This document shows, piece by piece, positions 39,501-52,140 of a stretch of 64,000 nt of DNA. Position 1 is the stretch's first letter, and each line of letters opens with the position of its first letter. The notes below the pieces were generated by a model. It saw only the letters and a program-made list of their open reading frames with translations. It made no database searches and was not told the origin of the DNA. The DNA comes from Phoronis australis. Lineage: Eukaryota > Animalia > Phoronida. The stretch is from NCBI GenBank assembly GCA_002633005.1, contig NMRA01000135.1, positions 590,183-654,182 on the forward strand, read 5' to 3'. The position numbers were made by a program, and so were the translations under genes.

Positions 39501-42500
39501 GACAATGGAAGGCTGCCCAACAGATGGAGAAGGACGATGGCATAGTGAAGCCATATTGTAAAGCCAAAAAACCACCTAGTATGAGCTCCATCTGGAACTA
39601 TGAAAACAATTAGCATTAAATTGTGTTTTACTTCAAGTCTCGATTTTTGTGACCAGTTAAATCAAAACATTGGGCACTTGTCAAAGTGTGAAACATGATG
39701 TAACAGTATTGTTTTACCTAAACTGTGCTCAATTTACCTTTGGAAGAGGTTGGCTCAGTGTTACAGAATTAATACTGCTCAGACTTGACATAACGAATTA
39801 ATTAATTTGTACAAATGGTTCACAAAATACAAGCCACAGGGGGTTATGTGTGGTCTGGATTGCACCTTGCTACTGGACGTACTTTCAACATTAAGTGCAG
39901 TGAACTTTTTAAAAACGATAGTAAAGAAATTTCAGCATTTAACTTTCAAGTAACAATGTAATACATACGATTTGAAGCACTTGACCTCTCTTTGGGAAAT
40001 CCACCTGTGCCACAAGTTGAGTGCGGGAGGAATGAGTGTAACCACCATAATCCAGCAGCAGACGACAATGAGAGACATGAAGGCACCAAACTCATGCAAG
40101 GCAGGGATCTGTACCAAAAAACAGTCAAGTTGAGGGGTAGGCACCTTTTCTATGGATTGCGCGAGATGTCATGTACGCAAAGGATTGTGGGATAACGGTT
40201 AACCAAACAAACACCACTAGTCGAAGTAAATCATCGATCTGTACAAATCATTTCACTCTAGGGAGATTCCCCAGTATTTGTCTGCACCAATACAAGAAAA
40301 CAAACATCGAGTAATTGGGTAATACTTTCAATTTGTGGGTCTAGCCCGATTTACGATTTTTGTCTCTTGATGATGAAGAAATGACAGGGTCACCCTCTTA
40401 ATAGAGTTTAGGCGAGATAAATGCCCTGCAATCAAATTTTACCAGTAACTCAAGGAGTCAGAAATTCCGTTCATCTTAGATGTCAGGGAAATCTAGCACC
40501 TACTCAAAATCAACTGCCAGCTTTCCAGCTTTTCTAACACATGATCGCCTGTGTGATAGTTTCTGGATTCTGGACCGAATGAATCATATCGTACAAATCT
40601 ATTCTCTGCGATGCGGACACACTCATTTTTGCTATCCATAAGGGCATTCAAGTGCAGACATCCGATATAAAACTCTTTATTGTACTGTGAGCATGAAAGA
40701 GACTTCTTGTCCAAAATAAAGTTGACATTTAATTAATTTTAAATTAAAATTAAATCAAAAATTAAGTTTAATGTCTTAATGACGACTTTGTCATGGTCCA
40801 CTCAGAACAGAGCCCAGTAAACCCACTACAGAGTACCAGGTTCACGCTCAAAGTTTGTTTCAGCTAGTACGTAAAAGAGGAAAGGCAGTGTCCTTCCAAA
40901 ATCAAATTCATTGCCCGTTTCACAAAAACGGGTCAGATGTTCATTCGTCCACAGAAACAACATAATTCAGAGAATGAAGAAATACTAGCTGGGACACTGG
41001 ATAGTTGACCTACTTACACCAGAAGAAATATTAGCTGGGACACTGGATAGTTGACCTACTTACACCATAGTTGACCTACTTACACCAGAAGCCAGGTTCG
41101 CGGCAAATGCCGCAGCAGTTGTGAAGGACGTGAAAAACGTGGCTTTCCCAGCAGTCACCAGCGTGTGGAGCATACGATCGGCGAGCGGTGAGTGTGGAGA
41201 CGACTGGCGAAATGTGTTGATGAAGACAAACACATCATCCACACCTAGATATAAGTGAGTGTCGGCAATGAAAACTGAATTCTTTATGCTCACACAATGT
41301 AAAATCTTTCGAATCTGCAGGGATATTCCTAAGCAAGTATCAACATTTACTCTTTAGGTGACTGGTGCACTTAAAGCCAAACTTCAACAGAATTTTGTTA
41401 TTTTAGATGTATTGGGCTAACCAGATAGTCCTAGCAAAGCCTTTAGTTAGTAAAATAAGAAAACGCGAGTTCAATCACGCAAATGTAAGCCCGTCAAATG
41501 ATAAGTGAATCTGTCTTTTCGCGCCATGATGCGTCACCGCGAGATCCCAACACAAACTAAAAAGGTTGCATTGAATAGGGGTCTGAATAGAATACCATTG
41601 CATGTGGGTGTTATTCGCAGCTGTTTGAATTAAAAGTTAATTCTCACGGTGACGTAGACAAAAGCAAGCCAATACTCCTAACAGTTTGTTACATTTGACA
41701 ATTTATAGCACTAGTGGGCTCAGAGGGATGCTCTTAACATACTGTAAGAACCAAATTTTCAGGTGTTATTGCTGAAGATAGGTTTTCAGAACAAAATTAC
41801 CTTTTTCAACCAGCTGAACTCTGCAGACTTCATGGACTGGAATGTTCTAATATTTACAGATAAAAACATGTTTTCTGCTGGTTCGTTAAAGAGTGCAACT
41901 TACCACAAAATGAGTTGCGTTTAAAATAAAGCACCCCATGGGGACTGAAATTTACTTCTGACTCGTTTTTTCTGCGAGCTAATGGCACCAGTAGTATGAA
42001 TGAATAACCCTGGATCTGACAGATTTGGAACAGGAAGATTTTTAGCACTTACACTAATTACATAAGCACTATTTTACACCTGGTAACTTTCAGAAGATCA
42101 ACACATTTTTGACGAATCCAGGCAAATTTTGACCAAATCCGTCATCATCTTTGATACCACAGTAAACCAGTTAGCCAATAGTAAACAGAATTTCCACCAA
42201 AAGCAAATGTGCAGAAGAGTAAAACTGTCACCCACACTAACTTTTTAAATGACTCGAGACAACCTCTGGTATCTACACGACGTCATCATGCGTTGCTTAT
42301 CTGCTGGCACTTTTACATTACTCACAACTGAAGCATGTACTGATCAACAAAGCTCAAACCATCAAGCCTCACCTATGCCAACAATAAGAAACGCTGCCGC
42401 TCCATTGAGTATGCCGAGACTGTTGAAGCCGAATACCATCCTGTAGATGGCGAGTGTGAGACTGATACATAGGAGGATACTAAAGATACCCCAAAACGTG

Positions 42501-45500
42501 AGCCAGACGGAACATGACGTCAGCACGAACATGACAAGCGTGATGACAGTGAAGCTGGCGATGGCCAGTTGGATGTCATTCCAGAAAGTACTCTCCACCT
42601 CGTAGTCAAAGATTTCATTACCACCGTAAAGGACTCGCACTTTCCTAGAAACAATGGTCAACAATAATTGGGTCAACAATAATTAGGTCAAGGGTATTGA
42701 TGTCAGAACTTTATAGTCACAGATTTTATATAATATTTGGAAGGGCCACAAAAATTCTATTTGGAAATGTTAGATTATGAATTTTTTATATTTTTTGAAA
42801 TATGGCCATAGGTATTTAGTTTATTTATATTTTTGTTAACTGGATTACCTATTTTTGTACTACACAAGAGGACCATAGTATGAATATGCTGTGAATTTTC
42901 TAATTATTACCCTAAGTTTATTTCATACGAGTGTTATATTAACACACTTCTAAAGAAATTTATTTGTTCAAAATTTAACAAGATTGTCCATTACTACATG
43001 AACACCATGATAAAGGATTTGGACTTTCCCAAAAAAGAAAGGTGTGTGATAAACAACTAAGAACGTGATAGTCAACATTTTGAGTAAAGCATACATCAAG
43101 GCCACAGTTGTTTCCTAGGAAAAAAGGTCAATTATAATCAACTCAAAATCTGGCTGTCAATAATTTTAATTACACATTGGACAAGGCATCAGAATTTCCG
43201 AGAAAGAAAGGTCAATGACCGAGAACGACTTCATATTCCACAAACAACAAATTATGTAACCATTAAGGCCTTCACCTTTCCTCGACAGAAAGGCCAGAGA
43301 TAATAAGCATAGAACTTTTTAGCTCAACGGTTTCATTATCATTGGAACGTCAATAATAATGAGCTCAGAAGTACATTAGCCATAGATGGCATCACCATAG
43401 TGACGGGCCTGGAGATAAAGTCTAGCGCAATTAACTCAGAAATGCACATCTCATCAGATCCCAGTTATTCAAAAACAGAAACAAGGTACAGAAGAATATT
43501 TTACGAGGGTCAAAACTACTTGTTAATGCACCCATAAATGCCTGTTTTGTACAAAAAAATGAACTAAATTTATACCACTTACAGCTATAAAATTGATCCG
43601 ATATCCACTCCGCTGGAAAGTGGTTTCTGAGCTTTACAAAAAAAGACAGTTGGTTATTGCTTGAGACCATGCATGGCACCATGACAAGCCAACTGAAGAT
43701 CGTGCTCTCAGTCAATATCGATGGACTACCAGTCCTTTCCAAGTCAAGTAATCGCCTCTTTTAAGTCAGAAACAATTTGAGACTGATTGCTTTAATGATA
43801 AGTGGTCCTAATCAAAAGTTACATCAAAATCTCACAAACTTATGTGATCGAAAATTGAAATTTCATTTTATAATATTTTTTCAATGAAATCCAATGCTTT
43901 AATTTCCATGTTCATCATGTTAATATTTTGTATGGTAACCATAGCTAAAAACAGACATTTTGTAAGGTAACCATAGCGACAATCGTACATTTTGAAAAGT
44001 TGTTGCCATTCACGACAACGTCAGAGGCCCTTGAAAAAAAACAAAAGTGCAATTTTTGTCCAACATTGGTGAGATTTACCGAAGTATTTGTGACAGGGGC
44101 ACAAAACTGGGAAAGTCCTAAGAGTCTATTTCAATCATGACAGTATAAGTTAGCTTTAGTACATCTTCATTACACTTGCCCCACTTAACTGAAACTACAA
44201 CTTTTCCTCAATGCCAACATGAAATTGAGACTGTACAGTACTTGAACTGAATAATTTCAGGGAAACACCCATCGGGCTGTATTTTAGAAATGTCCCTTTT
44301 TGATCCCTTCAAGTGCCAAAACATTTTTGAAACGGGGATATCAACTTAGACTGTACACAAAAAATATCTCACTATGAATTATTTGTCAAGATGGAAAAAA
44401 ACATGAAGAAAGCAAACTACATTATCTCTACATTCACAACTTGACTGGATAATCAGCCAATTACATGTCACGGCATCTCTTGAGTAAACATAAAAATTAA
44501 AGTTCAAGTCTTCAGATGAAGTCAACTCTGAGTTTGGAGATTTGGCTCTTGACCCGTGTCTGTTTCATAAAAGAGACTAAGACTTAAATGAGAAATTTTG
44601 TCTTGTGCTCAACTTAATTCACAATAGATTTCATCAACAGCATAGAAGGTCTCTGAGAAAACACCGCAGCTGCGAATCTGTTTTAGCATATGACTGGAGT
44701 GAATTATCGATAAATTATGACAAGCTAAAAACTACATGGCAGAAACTTTATGAACAATGGCTTAAGTCACTCTTGATGAACGGACACGTTGTACGAGAAC
44801 GTTTGAAAACAAAATATGAAACTGCACAGACTTTTTCAAAGGAGTCGTCATTGTGTGTATAATGTCTCCAGAAATTAAGCCACTAGGCCAAAACAATGAA
44901 TAATTATTACTTTCTGACTATAGGTCCGGCTTGACTTACAGTTGAGCGTTTTTGTTGAGAAATATGATTTAAAAGACATTGATATCAATAAAAATTTACA
45001 GTCAACCGAAAACTACAGAACAAATTACCATAAGCAATCTAACTAACCCTTAGAAAGACAAATTAGTTTGGTACTCCTAGATGCCTATTTGACATACAAA
45101 ACACATTTAGCACTTACTTAGTGGAAGCTTTTCTGAGAGGTTTGATGAGTTCAATAATGAACTTTTTGAACTTGTCTCTTTGCTCGCTGGTGTTATTATG
45201 CCAATAATGGAACCCTGCAAGAATCAATAGTGACATCAACACATCATGTATTCATGGAAGGAAAGAATTGACAAATAAAAGAAAATTGGAAATGGCATGT
45301 AATAGAACTGCAACAAACAAGATTGAAGGCTCAATGAGATAATCAGATTTTCAAGTAAAGAATGTTTACAATTTTTTAAAAACAACAGTACATTAATTTT
45401 GAAGTGATCAATATAAATCGTCTTTTCTGACAGAACAGACTCTAAACTACAAAAGACCGAGAGAATTTATCAAACTGTAAACCATACATTCAAATTTTGA

Positions 45501-47837
45501 AACAAAAGATACTGTAACTCACAACAAAAACAACAACAACAACTTTAATGCAACAGAAGCCTCAACATAGTAGCCCTAAGAGCACNTTTTACTTTGCTAG
45601 AAGGGAAAGACAGCGTCCATTGCTTTCGCCTACTTTTGGGCATAAAATTATGTCGCTGGCGTCAAGCAGAGTCAGCAAAAAATGTCCAACGGAGGTGATT
45701 TTTCGGAACTTTTCACACAATTAAATCCCAGCAAATTTTTTGTGCCACAATTATTAATGCATCAGTGTGATATAATACACAAAGTATCAGCCTGTTAGGT
45801 GAAAGTGCCTACTCCAACATTTAACGCTTTTGCAGGTTTTATCAAAAATTGCCTCTTAAAAGTCACTCTTGATGAACGGACACGTTGTAAGAAATGTTTG
45901 AAAACAAAATATGAAACTGCCCAGACTTTTTCAAAGGAGTCGTCATTGTGTGTATAATGTCTCCTGTAATTAAGCCACTAGGCCAAAACAATGAATAATT
46001 ATTATTTTCTGACTATAGGTCCGGCTTGACTTAGAGTTGAGTGTTTTTGTAGAGAAATATGATTTAAAAGACATTGATATCAATAAAAATTTACAGTCAA
46101 CCGAAAACTACAGAACAAATTACCATAAGCAATCTAACTAACCCTTAGAAAGACAAATTAGTTTGGTACTCAGTAAGCAATTTAACTAAAACTTAAAAAG
46201 ACAAATTAGTTTGGTACTCGTAGACGCCTATTTGACATACAAAACACATTTAGCACTTACTTAGTGGAAGCTTTTCTGAGAGGTTTGATGAGTTCAATAA
46301 TGAACTTTTTGAACTTGTCTCTTTGCTCGCTGGTGTTATTATGCCAATAATGGAACCCTGCAAGAATCAATAGTGACATCAACACATCATGTATTCATGG
46401 AAGGAAAGAATTGACAAATAAAAGAAAATTGGAAATGGCATGTAATAGAACTGCAACAAACAAGATTGAAGGCTGAATGAGATAATCAGATTTTCAAGTA
46501 AAGAAGTTTTTTACAATTTTTTAAAAACAACAGTACATTAATTTTGAAGTGATCAATATAAATCGTCTTTTCTGACAGAACAGACTCTAAACTACAAAAG
46601 ACCGAGAGAATTTATCAAACTGTAAACCATACATTCAAATTTTGAAACAAAAGATACTGTAACTCACAACAAAAACAACAACAACAACTTTAATGCAACA
46701 GAAGCCTCAACATAGTAGCCCTAAGAGCACAATACACATGTATCTTTAATTACCTGGTAAGGGGGCACCAAAGTACACCTCCGTTCTCATTAAACGGCTC
46801 TTCCTATTTGTTTCATTCATTCCCACATCGACATACCAATAGAACGAGTTTTTACTCATTGCCAGACTCAAGGCATCGTCAATGTTATGCTGTTTAGACC
46901 CGAGACCATCATAGTAAATATGGCCATCAACTTGAGAAGGATAAAAGTATGTTAACAGTGAATTTGGCGGAGTACAGCCTTGGTACTTCTCTAAAGTTCT
47001 ATCAAAAGTAGCGGCCGAGTAATTTTTAAAACAATACTTTGGAAACTCGGCATGGTTTAAAATTGACTGTTCTATTTTGTGAATTGTTTCTAGGCGTTCA
47101 CTGGTGAATATGTTATTGTCGTCCTCGTCAGAAGCGAGGTAAACAAGAGTCATCGTCCATTTCTTCCATGTCAGTGCATTGGGGTCACCGCTGATCAATA
47201 ACGAAGGTGACCGTCTACGTCGCTTTAGTACGTGCATATTTTGCGAAGCTTCTAGAGATTCCGACTGCCCGAGACCGATATCACGTTTGCTAAAGAAATT
47301 CGTGGACAAAGCTCCCAGTTGCTCTTCAACTGTGCTCCTTCGTTTCATAAACACCTTGACAAACTCTTCCAAGAGATTGTGAGATTCGTGAAATTCTGTT
47401 TGATGTAGTGCTCGTTCTAAGTCCCGTTTTCCTCGACTGTAAGCATACAAGTTTTTAATGGCTAGGCTGAGAGTCTCATCTCTGAGGGATACCTCATGAG
47501 CTGGAATGTCAAAGGCTTTCACAGATTTGTCAAGAACTGGCGGAGGCTGCAGGAAGAACATTGCATATAACCCAGGAACCAACGACCCAGCAACGCCAAG
47601 AACAAGTATACAAACACTAGCTGCTGGATTAGAGAGCAGGAATATTGCAGCTTTCTTAATACGGCTCTGACTGTCACCACCACTAGATAGCGCCGATGTC
47701 CTATCATCACTGGAGGTGTCCTCCACAGGAGGCATTGCAAAGTCGTCATCCTCGAGAGTTTCCTCTATGGCCTCATTTAACTCACTGGTGGCGAGTGGAG
47801 AGTATCTATAAGATCTGCCCACATGCATGAAAGCCAT
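27598..47837 (-). CDS. DISP3: Dispatched RND transporter family member 3 / patched-domain protein 2 (multi-pass SSD protein), about 1269 aa
   Basis: Hand-spliced coding exons in transcript order: 47837-46754, 46357-46261 (or identical copy 45214-45118), 42644-42373, 41244-41084, 40108-39969, 38751-38597, 37412-37257, 35173-35001, 33573-33357, 32926-32727, 31720-31549, 30877-30708, 30464-30324, 29719-29587, 28703-28537, 27969-27598. Total 3810 nt, all GT-AG, phases consistent. Peptides VLYGGNEIFDYEV, LGILNGAAAFLIVGIGVDDVFVFINTFRQ, AGKATFFTSFTTAAAF, WELGAVEAVSLSILVGTSVDYCVHLVE and PFAKFGQIVAIN closely resemble vertebrate DISP3/PTCHD2 as I recall it. The RND acidic motifs GxxxDD (TM4) and GxxxD (TM10) are intact. 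Confidence 0.92.
27986..28070. repeat. (AAT/AAC/AGT)n microsatellite next to the last DISP3 acceptor
   Basis: aataatagaaataatagtaatagtaataatactactaataataacaacaataat. Confidence 0.8.
29190..29421 (-). mobile_element. tRNA-derived SINE, second copy
   Basis: Colinear high similarity to 13180-13419. Confidence 0.85.
31935..32072. repeat. Short tandem repeat of about 35-37 bp (TTTGAGAGCAAGCAATG..AAACTGTTTGTTTATAC), about 3 copies
   Basis: Direct repeats visible at about 31983, 32019 and 32056. Confidence 0.75.
35503..36847 (+). mobile_element. Helentron-associated non-autonomous element (HINE/DINE-1-like) with internal satellite
   Basis: 5' subTIR ACTTGGCGGAA (35509-35519) with adjacent inverted copy (35523-35533) and a simple T/GT tract. 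3' subTIR TTCCGCCAAGT (36812-36822) followed by stem-loop CGCTC-ctcc-GAGCG and a T-rich end. Confidence 0.75.
36453..36732. repeat. 56-bp tandem repeat, 5 copies, inside the HINE
   Basis: Unit TTCTTTATTGTAGTTCATTATATGCTCTCTATTTGATTTCTTCGCTAGTCACATGA at 36453, 36509, 36565, 36621 and 36677. Confidence 0.95.
37994..38198. mobile_element. About 205-bp MITE with about 35-bp TIRs
   Basis: ACTGTAATTATTAAAATCTCTTGGTCTATTTACACC is inverted at 38166-38198. Confidence 0.7.
38957..39605 (-). mobile_element. HINE/Helentron-like non-autonomous element
   Basis: Terminus AACAAGAGCAACACA is shared with 2600-2779. The interior has recurring TTTCAT..AAA motifs. The right boundary is approximate. Confidence 0.5.
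40982..41090 (-). repeat. Local tandem duplications triplicating a DISP3 splice donor
   Basis: ATAGTTGACCTACTTACACC occurs at 41001, 41047 and 41067 (on the - strand, GGT|GTAAGTAGGTCAACTAT). Confidence 0.85.
44764..46730. repeat. Near-identical duplicated block (44764-45585 vs 45860-46730) abutting an N gap
   Basis: Colinear with scattered SNPs and one local duplication of about 45 bp in the second copy. The first copy ends exactly at the N (45586). Confidence 0.9.
45118..45214 (-). CDS. DISP3: Second identical copy of DISP3 coding exon 2 (GFHYWHNNTSEQRDKFKKFIIELIKPLRKAST)
   Basis: 97-nt exon with cag acceptor and gtaagt donor, identical to 46261-46357. It lies inside a duplicated block that ends at the N gap (45586). 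Confidence 0.6.
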
Positions 47838-48941
47838 GACTTCTTTTCTGCAATGGAAATCAAACATGAATAGGTTTCAGAACAATTTATATAAAAACAA
47901 ATATTAAGTTAATAATCAATACAGTAAGCGCTAAATTTCTGGAAATTGGGGGAGAGGATAGTATCTGCGTCACTGAGGTACTGTAATACTTTCAGTAAAT
48001 CTGATTCTTCATGAAAATGTAGACAAAAATAGCAAATAAAATGAAAAGTGTATGGGCTTTACATTCAACAATCTAAAGATGAGTTTGTCTGCGAATAACA
48101 ACAACTATGTTACATTTACACTCATGACGGATCAAGATGAAAGTAAATGGGGGCACATATCATTTGCCCCCACCAGGTCGCCACTTCACCCTGCCACTAT
48201 TACTTCCGCCTCCAGTCACCATTATTCTCTCCTTTCTGTTTCTCCCCGGCTATATCCCAGTCGCCAGTTTCTTCCTCCAGTAGCAATCCCTCTACTTCGT
48301 GGTCACCATTCCTTCACTCCAAATCTGGTCACTGAGTAAGAGGTTTGCACCTCGCCTAACATACACTTTACACATAAAAATGTCACTTAAAAAAAATTAC
48401 TTCTTCAGCGATACTTTCTGGTTCTACACAGATCCTCGACAAAGCCAATTACTAGTACAGGAATTACTATGACTTTGGCAAAGAATTCCAACTCCACCTT
48501 TTAGTCAGTGCTAACTTTTCACAGCATGTGATAACCACAAAGCATTTCAATTGACCAAAGTGCGTACTAGTAGCCTGTCGTGTGACACTAACAAAATGAG
48601 CACAAGAAGACATCCAGTGGAAAAGTAAAATTTGTATCCCTTGGTCTTTTTGGAACATGCAGGCATTATTTCGCTAAACTTCCTCATCAAGTGGCACCCA
48701 GCAACGAAAGCGCCTCGACGGAGTGAACCGCGACTGATTTTTATGCATGTTCAAATTATTTTTATAAGTCTTAAGAAGATGACTAACTTGTCTCAAGAGT
48801 CAAGGTATGCGTATAACATGAGTGTTTCTTACGATGTCTTTCACTGTATTTTAAAATGTATTTGCTTACCCCTAACCCAAACAGCCGAGGCTACGTGTGG
48901 CAGTGCCAACTGACAAATCACTAAGACACAAAGACACTTAC

Positions 48942-49120
48942 CTTCTTTTTAAAAATCAAGTCACAAGATGTAAAAGTCCAATTAAAACCAAACAATGGAT
49001 GAAATTTTAATTCTTAAGATGGACCATTCTTTAAATATCACCCAACAAGGATCCTGTCGTAATTATACAACAAAAAAATCGCACAAAAAGACAGCTTGTC
49101 CTTCGACTGAGAGCAAATGG
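48942..49120 (-). other. Putative non-coding first exon (5' UTR) of DISP3
   Basis: Strong donor AAG|gtaagt at 48942/48941 on the - strand. The ATG exon has an acceptor (ttgcag, exon starts 47847) 10 nt upstream of the ATG, so an upstream exon is expected. The 5' boundary is a guess. Confidence 0.45.
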
Positions 49121-49132
49121 CAACTTGTTATG

Positions 49133-49142
49133 GTCACGTGAC
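49133..49142. promoter_or_regulatory. Perfect GTCACGTGAC palindrome (CLEAR / extended E-box) at the putative DISP3 promoter
   Basis: Sequence tggtcacgtgacag lies immediately upstream of the putative DISP3 first exon. Confidence 0.45.
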
Positions 49143-50179
49143 AGACTGGATATCTCCTCTAAAACTGTCTTGTGTTCCTCATCCAAATTGCATTACGGAA
49201 TCTCAGAAAAATTAGCATTGATTTAGAAGAGATTTTTCTGAATGGTTAATAACTGCAGTATTTTTCTTTTCACCAATTTTCGATAGAGACATTTTACCGG
49301 AAATGATATGAATTGCGTGAAAAACGATGCGCATGAAGCTGTTGCTTTGTTCTTTCAGGTAAAATGTGCAGCGCTTTGATGTCATAATACTGGAAGAAAA
49401 AGAACCAAATTCTAGTCACGATCCTTGGATGCAGGTATAAAGTTCATGAGATATATTGTATTTTTTACTTGCTCGATTGTAATTTTCTTTTCCCCGTTGA
49501 CTGTCTGTTGCTGGTGTTGCTCCAATCTTGGCCATGTTTCTCGTTAGCGTTGCAGTTATCCTCATCACCACGCCGGTGACAGTGTGTACCCGGTCATGAA
49601 CATAGCCAGCTAGGGTGCAAGTCGAGTATCGTATAGCTCTTCTAAATCTGGAGCAGGGGAGGGCCCTTGCTAAATAAAGTGGTCTCTGATTGATTTTGAG
49701 AACCAAGCCCATGGCTTTATCTTGAGACTTAATTCACAACTTATTGCTTATAGTAGTTATGAGAGTGGTTCTCCAAATCAAAATAATCAAATTATCAGGG
49801 ACAGACGGACCCCATTCGACATGTGCCGATACTGGCCATGTATGAGAAAAACGCTAATAGTTTTGGCCTGTATCGACCCCAGGCTGTCTGCTTTCGAGGC
49901 AACTGGGTCCAAACCAATCAAACAACAGGCTAACAATTAACGATTTGGATAGGCTTTTAATTTAACAATTTTTCAATTGATACAGAAACCCGTACTGATC
50001 GGATATAGTGGTTCCTGATTTAGAGAACCAGTTTCATTCACTAAGTAACGGGCTCGTTATTCAGTGATTGCTGGTTTCCTAGCTACTATGCGACCAGTGC
50101 CACAGAAACCTGTCAATAATTTTTGTGAAATACATTAAATATCACAAACCAAGGTGCTTAAAATAGTCGAACAATATTA

Positions 50180-50966
50180 GTAATTGTTTACAATATGACG
50201 ACAATGACTTAGACATATGATTTTGGTATCGTTCGATTCCTCGCAATGTTATCTTTCCAAATATACACAGAAATTTGTCCTACCCCGTTCCCTTAGTTTT
50301 TTATCGTGAAATTTCTGCTCGCACTATTTCCTGGTACTCGGTAGTAATACCGCCATGTTGAATGGATAAGGAGTCACCTGGCGGTCAAAAACTGAACTAA
50401 TCTACCGACTTGCAGATCGTCGCTTTTCATAAATTCAAATTGACCGAGACCCGTCAATCCACTGGGCCAGAGTTACGTAACCAAGGGTTCGAATTCGATC
50501 CTATGGTGACCCTGATATATGCAGCATCTTCTAGCAAGAATCTGCCAAAAAAGCGGAGGTTGTTTTTGAGGTCCAGATTTTTTAAAAAAGTATCACTTCG
50601 GACAATTTCATGAAAAAATGGTCAAATGGTCACGATTCTAAAAAAATGGAAAAGGTAAAATGCTTCTACTTGTGCATCCACCATATTATGTCAGGAAAAC
50701 TTTAGCGGGAATCTCGCGCGGGCAACCACCATTCAGAATCAATGATGCTGTTTCATTCAATAACAATAGGTGTCGCTGTTATCTTGAGTTGAACTAACAT
50801 GGCGGTGTCCACCGGGCAATAGTGCTAACTGAAATTCGACGATAAAATGTGAAGGAAATGCGGTAGGGGATCAATTCAAATATTTTTGGAAAGGTGACGG
50901 CATGAGGAATCGAACGATACCAAAATCATATGTGTAAGTTATTGTCGTCATATTGTAAACAATTAC
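50180..50966. mobile_element. Foldback/MITE with long (about 200 bp) imperfect TIRs between the divergent DISP3 and zinc-finger promoters
   Basis: GTAATTGTTTACAATATGACGACAAT.ACTTA.ACATATGATTTTGGTATCGTTCGATTCCTC at the left end and inverted at the right end. Homology decays inward to about 50390/50770. Confidence 0.8.
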
Positions 50967-52140
50967 CACAATATTTTTAAAATTAAATTGAACTTCAAAA
51001 TTGAGAGTGAAGCCATTTTTTTTTTGTTTCGTGCAAATATGTTCATTTTCATTTTCTTGCATCGTGGTAGTAAAGCTGCTTAATTTATCAAAATTTTGAT
51101 TTTTCTTTAAACCATAGTGAAGTCGAGGTGACATTGCTTTAAGTAACTTTTAAAATTTGGAATTGACATTTTCAGGTACAGTAATCGTAAGCTCAACAAT
51201 TTCCATTAGGACGTTCTTCATTACTATGTAAAATTGATTTTAAATTAAAATTTTAGGGCTCTGTTGAATTTTATATTATTAAAAATGTAAACTTTCTTTT
51301 TGTAATTTCGTATTTATATATAATTTTGATTACAGAAATATACGTACTTACCAAAAAAGAATGATTCAAAAAATTATAATGGATGTCAAAATAAACTTTT
51401 AAAGTTTTTTGAAATGTGTTAAGTTTGACATTTTTGTGCTTTTTGCATTTCTCTATTCATTAAAATTAAATTCATTTTTTGCAATTCTCTTTAAAAAGTG
51501 TTCAAACTTTAATGTTTTTTTTGATAATCATTAGCAATCGCTAACATTTTCTAGCATTTTGAATGACATTATTAATTCAGATTTCAAAATATCCTTCATA
51601 TTTGTTTTGGAGTCCATGATACTGTGGATTCCATGTTATGTAATATGGAAAGTACTTGGTTTTGCTAAAGAGTCCTATTTTTAGAGCCTCTGAGATTTTA
51701 AATAAGTCCAGAAACATTCAACGAATTTCAAAAATTCAAAAAGTAATGTATATGGCAAATCAAAATCTATCATTTGAGACATGTTTCTCATGAAATTCTT
51801 CTAATTTTACTCATTGGAGATGCTTTATTGGTCTCATCCAGAAGTCACGTGTCACAAAACTCTTCTCTCTTTTACGGATCAAGCTGGCAACATGGCTCCT
51901 AACTGCCCATGACGAGTGTTGACATCCCATCTGACAGTGGGTTGAACTGCAGTGTAGAAAAATTCACTTGTACCGAGATTCAAACCCGGTGTCTCTGGTA
52001 TGTGAGTTCAAACTGTTCAGCTAAGAGGCAAAGTCTCTTGGCAAACGATTTGGAGAGATTTTACTTGACTGACTGTATTCACACTCGCCAGGCATAACAG
52101 TCATGGGAGGTTTTCAGTCTCGTCACTGCGTGATGTGCTC

